Assembly (NCBI RefSeq): GCF_000017305.1
Contig: NC_009664.2
Span: 3,240,001 to 3,272,000, forward strand
Source: Kineococcus radiotolerans SRS30216 = ATCC BAA-149
GTDB lineage: Bacteria > Actinomycetota > Actinomycetes > Actinomycetales > Kineococcaceae
Length of the DNA: 32,000 nucleotides
Direction of reading: 5' to 3'
The notes under the pieces were generated by a model that had not been told where the DNA came from, did no database searches, and worked only from the letters and a program-made list of their open reading frames with translations. The translations under genes were made by a program, and so were the position numbers. Positions 15,646-23,211 of this stretch are shown in pieces; position 1 is the first letter of the stretch; each line of letters begins with the position of its first letter.

Positions 15646-16668
15646 TCAGCGACGTGCGAGAGCGACGAGCAGCTCCTGCCGCTGCTCGGCCCAGCGCGCG
15701 CGCTGGAGGTCGAAGGCCGCGGCGACAGCCTGCGGATCAGTCGCGGCCAGCGCCTCCCGTACCGCGGCCGCCAAGGCGTCCGCGCGGTTGGCGGTGTGGT
15801 GAGCTAGGGGGAACGTTTCCCGCAGGACCGGCCAGTCGCTGACCACGAGCGCGCGTCCAGCGTAGACGGCCTCGTACGCAGCACGCATCACGGATGTCGG
15901 CTCGGTCGTCAGGGCGAGCAGGACGGCGGCCTCACGAACGTTGCGCCAGTACTCGCCGGTATCGAGGAACCCCACGAACTCGACATTGGCCGGGGCGGAA
16001 CGCAGCAGTTCCGCTGGGCACCGGTCCACATCGCCGGTGATCCGGAAGCGCACGCCGGGCAAGGCGCGGGCTGCCTCGACCACTTCGGCGACCGGTTCAT
16101 CGCCGGCGAAGACACCGACGAACAGGGCCACGGCCTTCCCGTCCGGTTCCGGTGGCAGCATCGTCCGCGCGGGCGGGGCCTCGTGGACGATGACCGCCCG
16201 TCCGCCCCAGGCCCGGACCTGGTCGGCCCAGGGTTGGGCGGCCACGGCGACGGCGGAGGCTCGACGGGCGAGCACCCGCGTCACCGGCAGCATGGCCCGG
16301 GTCACCGGGTTCTCCTTCACCCCGAACGAACCGGTGTGGCTGTCCAGCACGAACGGCCGCCCCGTCAGAGCGGAGTACGCGGCCACGATCAGCCCGGGCA
16401 CGACGGGTGGGTTGACGACCATGACGGCGCCGGGTCGGAGACGGGCCAGCGCCCACGCGGTGCTCATCGACGACAGCGCGTAGCGGACGACGTTGGGCAA
16501 GCGACGACCACCGGGCAGTCTCGGGTGGACCTGCAGGGCCTGCCCGCCGAGTGCGTCCGCGATCTCCCGGGCGCGACCACCGTGCCGTTGCCAGGTGATG
16601 AACAGCAGATCGGCGCGTTCCGTCTCGGTAGCCCCGTCGGTAGGGGCAGTGTTCACGTCGGTGCTCAC
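15646..16668 (-). CDS. glycosyltransferase, GT-B fold (GT4-like, divergent)
   Basis: GTG 16668 overlaps the wzy TGA (GTGA). It has two Rossmann-like halves (LLFITWQRHGG...VVNPP...VLDSHTG, then ALFVGVFAGDEP...FVGFL...TEPTSVMRAAYEAVYAGRALVVSD). The track ORF extends to 17076 over wzy and was rejected. Confidence 0.65.
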   Translation of the reverse strand: MSTDVNTAPTDGATETERADLLFITWQRHGGRAREIADALGGQALQVHPRLPGGRRLPNVVRYALSSMSTAWALARLRPGAVMVVNPPVVPGLIVAAYSALTGRPFVLDSHTGSFGVKENPVTRAMLPVTRVLARRASAVAVAAQPWADQVRAWGGRAVIVHEAPPARTMLPPEPDGKAVALFVGVFAGDEPVAEVVEAARALPGVRFRITGDVDRCPAELLRSAPANVEFVGFLDTGEYWRNVREAAVLLALTTEPTSVMRAAYEAVYAGRALVVSDWPVLRETFPLAHHTANRADALAAAVREALAATDPQAVAAAFDLQRARWAEQRQELLVALARR

Positions 16669-18122
16669 AGCGGACTCCGTTGCAGGGGGGGGACGGCGAG
16701 GTGCAGGTGGACGTGCGAGGCGCTGCGGCGGCTTCGGCCCGCCATCGCGGCCCCGGCGAAGGAGAAGAGGGCCAGCGGCAACCCGGCGTTCGTCAGGTAG
16801 GGCCAGATGGTCATCGCAGCCGGAACGAAGACGACGACCCCGACGAGCGCTGCCAGGGTTTCCCGATGGGTGCTCGCACGTCGGAACGCGCTGACCGCTT
16901 CGAGGAACATGACGATCAGGACGGCGATCCCGGTCGCTGCCAGCAGCAGGCCCCCGCGCAGGATCCAGGTGAAGTACTGGTTCTCGGTGTGGGCGAACTG
17001 CACCGTGGAGGGCAGGTCGTTGCCGACACCGGCTCCAGCCGCCTGGCGCAGCAGGGGCAGGAAATCGCGTTCCCACACCAGGACGCGGTAAGCGACCGTC
17101 TGCGGGAGCAGACCCCCGCCTGCCCCCGACGCCTCAGTGGTCTGCTGGGCCAGCCGGCTCTCCAGCACCGAGGAGAACACGGTCACTGCGGTGAAGCCCG
17201 CCAGGACGAGCACCACCAGCGAACGGCCGAGCCGGCCCAGGAGGGCAGCGGCGACGAGTACGGCCACGGCCAGCCAGATGAACGACGTCACGGTGACGGC
17301 CATCACGACGGCCGTCAGTTGGGCTGCCACGAGCACGACGAGCTGCCAGCGAGACGCGATCGAGCGCGATCCCGTCAGCAGCATCGAGAGCGTCAGCACG
17401 ACCGGTATCAGCAGGTATCCGCACAGCGAATGCCAGATCGGGAACGGTCCGGTGACGCGTGGACCGCTGCCGTCGTGGGGCAAGGAGTACACGTCGGAGA
17501 TGCTCTTGAGGAACGTGGGAACCCCGGCCAGGTCGAAGAACTGGGCCATGGCCAGCAGGGAGACGACGAAGCTGAGCGCCAGTACCCAACGCAGCACGAG
17601 CCTCAGGTCTCCCTGATCACCGACCGCGCGGTTCGCCGTCCAGAAGGCCAACCAGAGCAGCGCGGGCTGAGCGGCTGCGCGCAGGAGGCTGGCCAGCGAG
17701 CTCCCGTCGACGGCAGCGTGGTACCCCGCGAAGAGGGCAGCGGTGGCGGCGAAGACGAACGTGGCCACTTCGGTGGCGGTGGTCCGCGGCCACACCGCGG
17801 GGCGGCGGAAGAAGGTGACGAGCGCGCACCCGACGACGACGATCATCGCCAGGTTCAGTCCTGGGAGGGCAACGGTGAACTTCAACCCGGCCACGGCCGG
17901 AGCCACGGCCACGACCAGCACGGCAGCCACGGCCGGCCGCGCCCAGACTGCGGCGACGACGACGGCGAGCACGGCCAGACTGAGCGGGGCCGCAGCGTCG
18001 AGCCGGGCCGACAAGCCGGCCACCGCAGCCGCCCCCACGACCCCGACTCCAACGAGCGCCGTCTGCAGCGACTGCCGACGGGCGGAGGAGTCCAGGGGTC
18101 GAGCGGTGGCCGGCCGGTTCAC
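16665..18122 (-). CDS. wzy: O-antigen ligase/polymerase family membrane protein (Wzy-like)
   Basis: 485 aa and about 10 or more hydrophobic segments. It carries the Wzy_C-like motif FAHTENQYFTWILRGGLLLAATG. GTG 18122 overlaps the wzz-like TGA. Confidence 0.8.
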   Translation of the reverse strand: MNRPATARPLDSSARRQSLQTALVGVGVVGAAAVAGLSARLDAAAPLSLAVLAVVVAAVWARPAVAAVLVVAVAPAVAGLKFTVALPGLNLAMIVVVGCALVTFFRRPAVWPRTTATEVATFVFAATAALFAGYHAAVDGSSLASLLRAAAQPALLWLAFWTANRAVGDQGDLRLVLRWVLALSFVVSLLAMAQFFDLAGVPTFLKSISDVYSLPHDGSGPRVTGPFPIWHSLCGYLLIPVVLTLSMLLTGSRSIASRWQLVVLVAAQLTAVVMAVTVTSFIWLAVAVLVAAALLGRLGRSLVVLVLAGFTAVTVFSSVLESRLAQQTTEASGAGGGLLPQTVAYRVLVWERDFLPLLRQAAGAGVGNDLPSTVQFAHTENQYFTWILRGGLLLAATGIAVLIVMFLEAVSAFRRASTHRETLAALVGVVVFVPAAMTIWPYLTNAGLPLALFSFAGAAMAGRSRRSASHVHLHLAVPPLQRSPL

Positions 18123-19231
18123 GGACGCCCGGAACGGATGGACCCGGAGGTGCTGGGGGCCGCCGCGGCGCCGGCCGGGCCCCCGTCGCCGAGGTCGTCC
18201 GCAGAAGGCGCGGCCTGGGGCCCGCCCACCGCGCCGCGAACCTTCCTGGCGTCGCAGAACAGGTGAACGACGCGAGTCGGGCGGATATCGGACAAGTACC
18301 TGACAGCGGCCTGGTAGTCACCAGCGCGGGCCCTGCGCGGCACCACCGCGACCACGAAGTCTGCGAGCACGAGGGCCTCGTCCGAACCGCCGTCGGCGGT
18401 GACGGGCCGATCACCTGCCACCCAGCGAGTGGTGGAACCCTCCTCGCTGCGCGAGTTCATCGCCACGGCGACGGCTTCGGCCGTCTCCGGGTGGTGCTTC
18501 GTCATGTCCACCAGCAGCACCTCGCGAGCGTCGCCCACCCGGTTCGACAACACGAGCCGTTGGGCGGCGTCCGGAGTGCCGGACCAGCTGACCACGGGTG
18601 CGGCTCCCAGGGTGCGAGCGTCCTCCGCGCTGTCGACCCGTTGGTCGAGGCGCTGGAGCAGCACGGCTCCGCCCAGGCCGAGGACCAGTCCGGCCAGGAC
18701 GCCGATGACCGGGGCGAGAGGGGCGAGACCGGACTGCTCGGTGACTTCACCGGGGGAGCGGAGAAGCTCGATGTTCCCCGGGGGGATCTGCGGGGTGGCT
18801 CCCGTGCCCAGGGTCTGGGTCAGAGCCGGAAAGAACCGGCCTACCTCGTCCGCGCTGCCGGCGGTGAAGTCGACCCGCAGCACGTTGCTGCCGGACAGTC
18901 CCTCGGCGTTCAGTCCCGCCTTGACGGTCTCGGGGGTCAGGCCCGAGGCCGCGGCCACGGCCCCCTGCAACTGCTCGTCGTTCTCCATCACCACCGGGTA
19001 GCTGGTGGCGAGCCGTTGAGCGTCGAAGATCGTCGTGGGGTGGGAAGTCATCGCTTCCGCGGGAGCGGTGGGGACGATGTAGGTCGCCGAGGCCGAGTAG
19101 ACGACCTGGGCGGTGGCCTGCACCGCCCAGCTGGCCGCGACGCCGGCGACGACACCGCAGAGGACGGCGATGTACCAGAACCGCCGGAGTGCGAGGAAGA
19201 GAAGTCGCCACGAGGAGGCGTTGCCGACCAT
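18119..19231 (-). CDS. Wzz-like polysaccharide co-polymerase with a degenerate kinase-like C-terminal domain
   Basis: ATG 19231 has AGGAG 10 nt upstream. Topology is TM1 (FWYIAVLCGVVAGVAASWAV), a ~130-aa external domain, TM2 (LAPVIGVLAGLVLGLGGAVLL), then DQRVDSAEDARTLGAAPVV as seen in PCP2/BY-kinase linkers. There is no GK[ST] P-loop and no Tyr-rich tail. Confidence 0.7.
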   Translation of the reverse strand: MVGNASSWRLLFLALRRFWYIAVLCGVVAGVAASWAVQATAQVVYSASATYIVPTAPAEAMTSHPTTIFDAQRLATSYPVVMENDEQLQGAVAAASGLTPETVKAGLNAEGLSGSNVLRVDFTAGSADEVGRFFPALTQTLGTGATPQIPPGNIELLRSPGEVTEQSGLAPLAPVIGVLAGLVLGLGGAVLLQRLDQRVDSAEDARTLGAAPVVSWSGTPDAAQRLVLSNRVGDAREVLLVDMTKHHPETAEAVAVAMNSRSEEGSTTRWVAGDRPVTADGGSDEALVLADFVVAVVPRRARAGDYQAAVRYLSDIRPTRVVHLFCDARKVRGAVGGPQAAPSADDLGDGGPAGAAAAPSTSGSIRSGRP

Positions 19232-19465
19232 GAGTGTTGGGCTCCTGTCGTCGAGTACGCCGTCATGATGACAGACGTCAGCAACTAGTGGCAGACGCGT
19301 CACGTTCCGTTGCTGGTCGAGCCCAGTACCCTACGCCCGCGCCACTCCCCGTGTTCGTGCGTGCACCTGTGAGACGCAGATCACACGATCGGAGGGCGAT
19401 CACCAGTCGCCCGCTGCGTGGGCTGGCGAGGACAGACCGCTGCGACGACAGAACAGGATCTCTCC
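19232..19465. promoter_or_regulatory. divergent promoter region, wzz-wzy-GT operon versus GT2-GT2 operon
   Basis: 234-bp gap between divergent starts. Inferred from geometry only. Confidence 0.3.
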
Positions 19466-20368
19466 ATGAGCACCAGCCCTGGGATCGAACCCCCCTTCGT
19501 CTCGGTCGTGATCCCCGTCTTCGACGATCCCGAGCGCCTGACCCTGTGTCTGCAGGCGCTGCAGGTGCAGACGTACCCCGAGGACCGGTTCGAGGTCGTG
19601 GTCGTGGACAACGCCTCGTCGGCGGGAAGACTCCCCTGCGTTCCCGACGACCCGCGGTTCCAACTCCTGCACGAGCCCCGCCGGGGGTCGTACGCGGCTC
19701 GCAACCGAGCCCTCGAGCTGGCTCGCGGTGAGATCCTGGTCTTCACCGATTCCGATTGCCTGCCCGCCTCCGACTGGGTCGAGCAGCTCGTCGCGGGTTT
19801 GACCGCCGAACCTCGCGCGGACCTCGTCGGAGGCCGGGTGGAGGTCGCCTTCGAGTCGGGCTCACCGCAGACGGCGGCGGAGTGGTACGAGCACCTGCAT
19901 GCGTTCCCCCAGGAGTACTACCTGCGGACGGCCAACTTCGCGGTGACCGCGAACATGGCCACCTGGCGTTCGTGCGTCTCCGCGGTCGGCCCGTTCAACG
20001 CCGGGCTCCAGTCCCGGGGCGATGCGGAGTTCGGGCAGCGGGTCGCCGCCCGGGGCGGTGTCCTCCGGTACGTCCCGGACGCCGTCGTGGGCCACCCCGC
20101 GCGGGCCACTCGCACAGAGCTCCTGACCAAGCTGCGCCGGACGTCGGCCGGCACGCGGGACAACGACCTGGCCGCCGGCGCGGGTCGCGCACACTTCGTG
20201 GGCCTGGCGGCCCGCCAGTGGTACCTGTTCGCCCGCAGCGTGGGCGCGTCCGTGATCCCGGGTCGCGGTCCCGACGGCTGGTGGGCCACGGCGCGGTACC
20301 TGGGGCTGTACGCGGAGATGAGGATGATCCAGACGGGTGTCTACCTGCGTGCGGCTGCGCGACGATGA
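19466..20368 (+). CDS. glycosyltransferase family 2
   Basis: ATG 19466 opens MSTSPGIEPPFVSVVIPVFDDPERLTLCLQAL...VVVVDNASS...ARNRA...LVFTDSDCLP, a GT-A fold with a DxD motif. Confidence 0.85.
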   Translation: MSTSPGIEPPFVSVVIPVFDDPERLTLCLQALQVQTYPEDRFEVVVVDNASSAGRLPCVPDDPRFQLLHEPRRGSYAARNRALELARGEILVFTDSDCLPASDWVEQLVAGLTAEPRADLVGGRVEVAFESGSPQTAAEWYEHLHAFPQEYYLRTANFAVTANMATWRSCVSAVGPFNAGLQSRGDAEFGQRVAARGGVLRYVPDAVVGHPARATRTELLTKLRRTSAGTRDNDLAAGAGRAHFVGLAARQWYLFARSVGASVIPGRGPDGWWATARYLGLYAEMRMIQTGVYLRAAARR

Positions 20369-20428
20369 TCAGGGCGAGCCGACCAGCGGCTCCTTGGCCG
20401 GTTCGACGGCAGCCACTATGGTGACGGC

Positions 20429-21373
20429 GTGAGTGCACAGTCCGTCGAGGAGTCGACACACCCTGTGGTCCCCGTCTTGCCGCGCGTCAGCGTGGTGATC
20501 TGCACCTACAACAGGTCCGCCCTCGTGCGCGAAGTCGTCGAATCCGCCCTGGCCGACCCGACCACCCACGAGGTCGTCGTCGCCGACGACGGGTCGAGCG
20601 ACGACACCGTCGAGGTGCTGCAAGGGCTCGCGGAGTCCGAGTCCCGGTTGGTCGTCGTCCCGTTGGGGAGCAACCAGGGGCGCAACGTGGCGCGGCAACG
20701 CGGGGTCGAGACCGCGACGGGGGAGATCGTCCTCCTGCTGGACGACGACGTCGTCCCGGGTCCGGACATCGCCCGCAAGCACGCCGAGCACCACGTGCGT
20801 GAGCGGGATGCCGTCGTCGTGGGTTTCATGCCGGTCCGCACCACCGAGGCGACGAACATCACCAGCCGGATATACGCCCAGGAGTACCTGGGCCGCATCG
20901 CGAAGTACGAGCAGGATTCGGCGAACGTGCTGGAGAACCTCTGGGGCGGGCACTGCTCGCTGCCGCGCGCGGCTGCGCTCGCGACGAGCGTGAACGCGAC
21001 GGGTTTCGAGAACTACTACCACCAGGATCGCGACTTCGGGCTGCGTTGCCGGGCCAACGGTATGCACGGGGTGTTCGACAGGCATCTGGTCAGCGAGCAC
21101 CGGCACACCCGCAGCCTGGACGCTTTCCTCAAGGACGCGAACCGGCGCGGCAAGGGCCTGTCCCTGCTGCGCGACCGGCACGGGGAGATCGCCATGGATC
21201 CCGCTCCACCCATCGCCCTCCTCGGCCGACCGCAGGTGCTCCCGCTGGCCAGGACCGCGACTGCTCCGCTCCGTCGATTGGGCGGGCGACCGCTGGTCCT
21301 CTCGGTCAAGCTGCTGCGCCGTCTGGCGACCTGGCAGGGGGCCGAGGAGTACCGCCGTTCCATCGCCGGCTGA
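20429..21373 (+). CDS. glycosyltransferase family 2
   Basis: Reads VSVVICTYNRSALVREVV...VVVADDGSSDDTVEVL...NQGRNVARQRG...VLLLDDDVVP. Confidence 0.85.
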   Translation: MSAQSVEESTHPVVPVLPRVSVVICTYNRSALVREVVESALADPTTHEVVVADDGSSDDTVEVLQGLAESESRLVVVPLGSNQGRNVARQRGVETATGEIVLLLDDDVVPGPDIARKHAEHHVRERDAVVVGFMPVRTTEATNITSRIYAQEYLGRIAKYEQDSANVLENLWGGHCSLPRAAALATSVNATGFENYYHQDRDFGLRCRANGMHGVFDRHLVSEHRHTRSLDAFLKDANRRGKGLSLLRDRHGEIAMDPAPPIALLGRPQVLPLARTATAPLRRLGGRPLVLSVKLLRRLATWQGAEEYRRSIAG

Positions 21374-21379
21374 AGCGAC

Positions 21380-21946
21380 CTACGTCGCCGGGGTCCCGTC
21401 TTCCCGATGGGCGGAGCCCCCGTCCGGGTTTCCTCCTACCGTGGTAAACGGCTCGACGAAGTGAACAGGCGGTTCCCGGTCCACCGTCACGGGTTCCGCC
21501 ACTGCAACGGCGGTTCCGCCTCGCCGCAACTGGCCGTAGTGACCGACTTCGATGCCAGTGCGGATGACTCGGGCCGGTGATCCCGCCACGATCGAGGCGG
21601 GGGGAACGTCCTTGGTCACGACGGCGCCCGCAGCAACGATCGAACCGTCTCCGATCGTCACGCCGGGCAGCACGATGGCACCCGCTCCGACGAAGCAGTC
21701 ACGGCCAATCCGGGTGTGAACCTTCTTCGCACGGGTCATGTCGTGGGCGAGGATGATCGCCTCAAGAGCCACGTACGACCACGCCCCTACGTGGATGCCT
21801 CGCGGGTACGTGCGGTCGAAGCGGGCGGACAAGCTGAACGTGGCCGTGGGGTCGATGTCCATGCCCCACACGCGGGTGTAGTAGAACCGCCGACCACCCA
21901 CGACCACCTTGCGCAGCCGACGGAACTGGTTCAGCGACTTCAACAC
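21380..21946 (-). CDS. hexapeptide-repeat (LbH) O-acetyltransferase, WcaF/maltose-acetyltransferase-like
   Basis: GTG 21946 is preceded by GGAGG with a 6-nt spacer. The translation [50 protein letters not shown] is a left-handed beta-helix acyltransferase. The upstream 300 aa of track ORF 21380..22861 is Arg/Pro/Gly junk that overlaps the next gene. Confidence 0.8.
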   Translation of the reverse strand: MLKSLNQFRRLRKVVVGGRRFYYTRVWGMDIDPTATFSLSARFDRTYPRGIHVGAWSYVALEAIILAHDMTRAKKVHTRIGRDCFVGAGAIVLPGVTIGDGSIVAAGAVVTKDVPPASIVAGSPARVIRTGIEVGHYGQLRRGGTAVAVAEPVTVDREPPVHFVEPFTTVGGNPDGGSAHREDGTPAT

Positions 21947-22011
21947 GAATGACCTCCGGGTCGTATGGCGCAATCGGGTCACCGCCGGGCGGCCGGTGCA
22001 GGGTAGCGGAC

Positions 22012-22058
22012 GGCGAAGCAGGAGGTGAGTCCCCTGGGGATGATCACCTCCTGCTTCG
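22012..22058 (-). other. perfect 16-bp inverted repeat (intercistronic stem-loop) carrying AGGAGG/CCTCCT
   Basis: GCGAAGCAGGAGGTGA (22012-22027) pairs perfectly with TCACCTCCTGCTTCGC (22043-22058), leaving a 15-nt loop. It lies 8 nt downstream of the GT28-like stop and about 65 nt upstream of the acetyltransferase start. Confidence 0.7.
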
Positions 22059-22065
22059 CTGGAGC

Positions 22066-23007
22066 TCACAGGGCCAGCGGCCGCGCGTCCTCGCGCAGGT
22101 CCACGACGCTGCCGGCGGCCAGCTCCAGGTCGGCCAGGTTCACCTGGTCCGCCTCCCGCACCACGGCCAGGCCGCGGTGCTTGAGCATGGCGGCGATCTG
22201 CTCCTGGTGGTCGTCCACGTGCTCGGCGAACTCCGCCCGGCGCGGGATGAGGACGGGCAGCTTGCCCGCGTTCAGGGCCTCCAGGGCCACCCCGGTCCCG
22301 GCGTGGGCGATGACGAGGTCCGCCTCGCGCATGGCGGCGGAGAGCTCCTGGGCGGGGACGGCGGGGCGGGGGTCCAGGACGGGCAGCCCCGTGGTGTCGG
22401 TGGTCCCCGTCTGCCAGAGCACCTCCGCGCCGAGGTCCTGCAGCAGGGGGGCGATGCTCTCCACGAGGCGGCGGAACCCGTAGGTGCGCGAGGTGCCGAG
22501 GGAGACGACGACCTTGGAGACCTTGGGCCGTTCCGGCAGCTGCTGCGGTTCCCAGCCGTCGAAGACCGACCCGGCGTACTTCCACTTCTTCGAGGCCCAG
22601 GAGGCGTTCTGGGTGTACAGCTCCACGCCGGGGATCTTCGCGAGCAGGCGGCCGCTGAGGCTCGGCCCGTGGGTGCGGGTCGCGCTCTCGATGTAGTACG
22701 ACGGCGTCCCGTGCAGGCGCGCCTGGGGGAGGACGGAGACCGCGAGGCTGGACCCCGTGCTCACGACGGCGGAGATGCGGCCGCGCCGGAAGAGCGAGGA
22801 CGTGATGACGGCGTTGTGCAGGGCCGCCTTCAGGTCGCGCGTCGGCCCGGGCTTGACCCACAGCACGTCCTCCCCCTCGAGCAGGGACAGGGACTGAGGT
22901 GTCGGCACCGTGACCCAGCGGAAGGTGTCGGTGATCGGCAGCCGCTTCGCCAACGACTTCAGCTGTGCCAGGTGTCCGCCGTCATTGGCTACGAGAAGAG
23001 CAGTCAT
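22066..23007 (-). CDS. fused Alg14-like/Alg13-like (GT28/MurG-type, PssD-PssE/Cps14F-Cps14G-like) glycosyltransferase
   Basis: ATG 23007 is preceded by GAGGA. The N-terminal half reads [13 protein letters not shown]...[19 protein letters not shown], the Alg14 signature. The C-terminal half reads VVVSLGTS...LWQTG...[28 protein letters not shown]...[10 protein letters not shown], matching Glyco_tran_28_C/Alg13. Confidence 0.75.
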   Translation of the reverse strand: MTALLVANDGGHLAQLKSLAKRLPITDTFRWVTVPTPQSLSLLEGEDVLWVKPGPTRDLKAALHNAVITSSLFRRGRISAVVSTGSSLAVSVLPQARLHGTPSYYIESATRTHGPSLSGRLLAKIPGVELYTQNASWASKKWKYAGSVFDGWEPQQLPERPKVSKVVVSLGTSRTYGFRRLVESIAPLLQDLGAEVLWQTGTTDTTGLPVLDPRPAVPAQELSAAMREADLVIAHAGTGVALEALNAGKLPVLIPRRAEFAEHVDDHQEQIAAMLKHRGLAVVREADQVNLADLELAAGSVVDLREDARPLAL

Positions 23008-23211
23008 CGGCGTCCTCTGGATCGTGGCCGCCCGGACGGGCGAACCTGTGACGAACCGCACCCTAGCGACTGCTGAGGGTGACCGCCAGGAGGCCCTCGT
23101 CACACCTCCGCCGCACCTCGATCACCCGATCGACGGATCCGCGCGCCCCGGACGTGGCCGGGAGGATCAGGAGCGCAGGTCAGCGGCCGTGCGCCCCGAC
23201 GGGGGGACGCC

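Noticed and set aside
16680-18266. 528-aa plus-strand ORF antisense to wzy
   Set aside because: Highly charged Arg/Gly/Asp/His/Glu-rich translation opposite a clear polytopic membrane protein.
21947-22861. Upstream two-thirds of the 493-aa minus ORF that ends as the acetyltransferase, and the plus-strand ORF 22025..22483, whose first ATG (22039) lies 14 nt after AGGAGG
   Set aside because: Both overlap the well-supported Alg14/Alg13-like gene out of frame or antisense, and both are Arg/Pro/Gly- or Ser/Arg-rich. The AGGAGG belongs to the inverted repeat.
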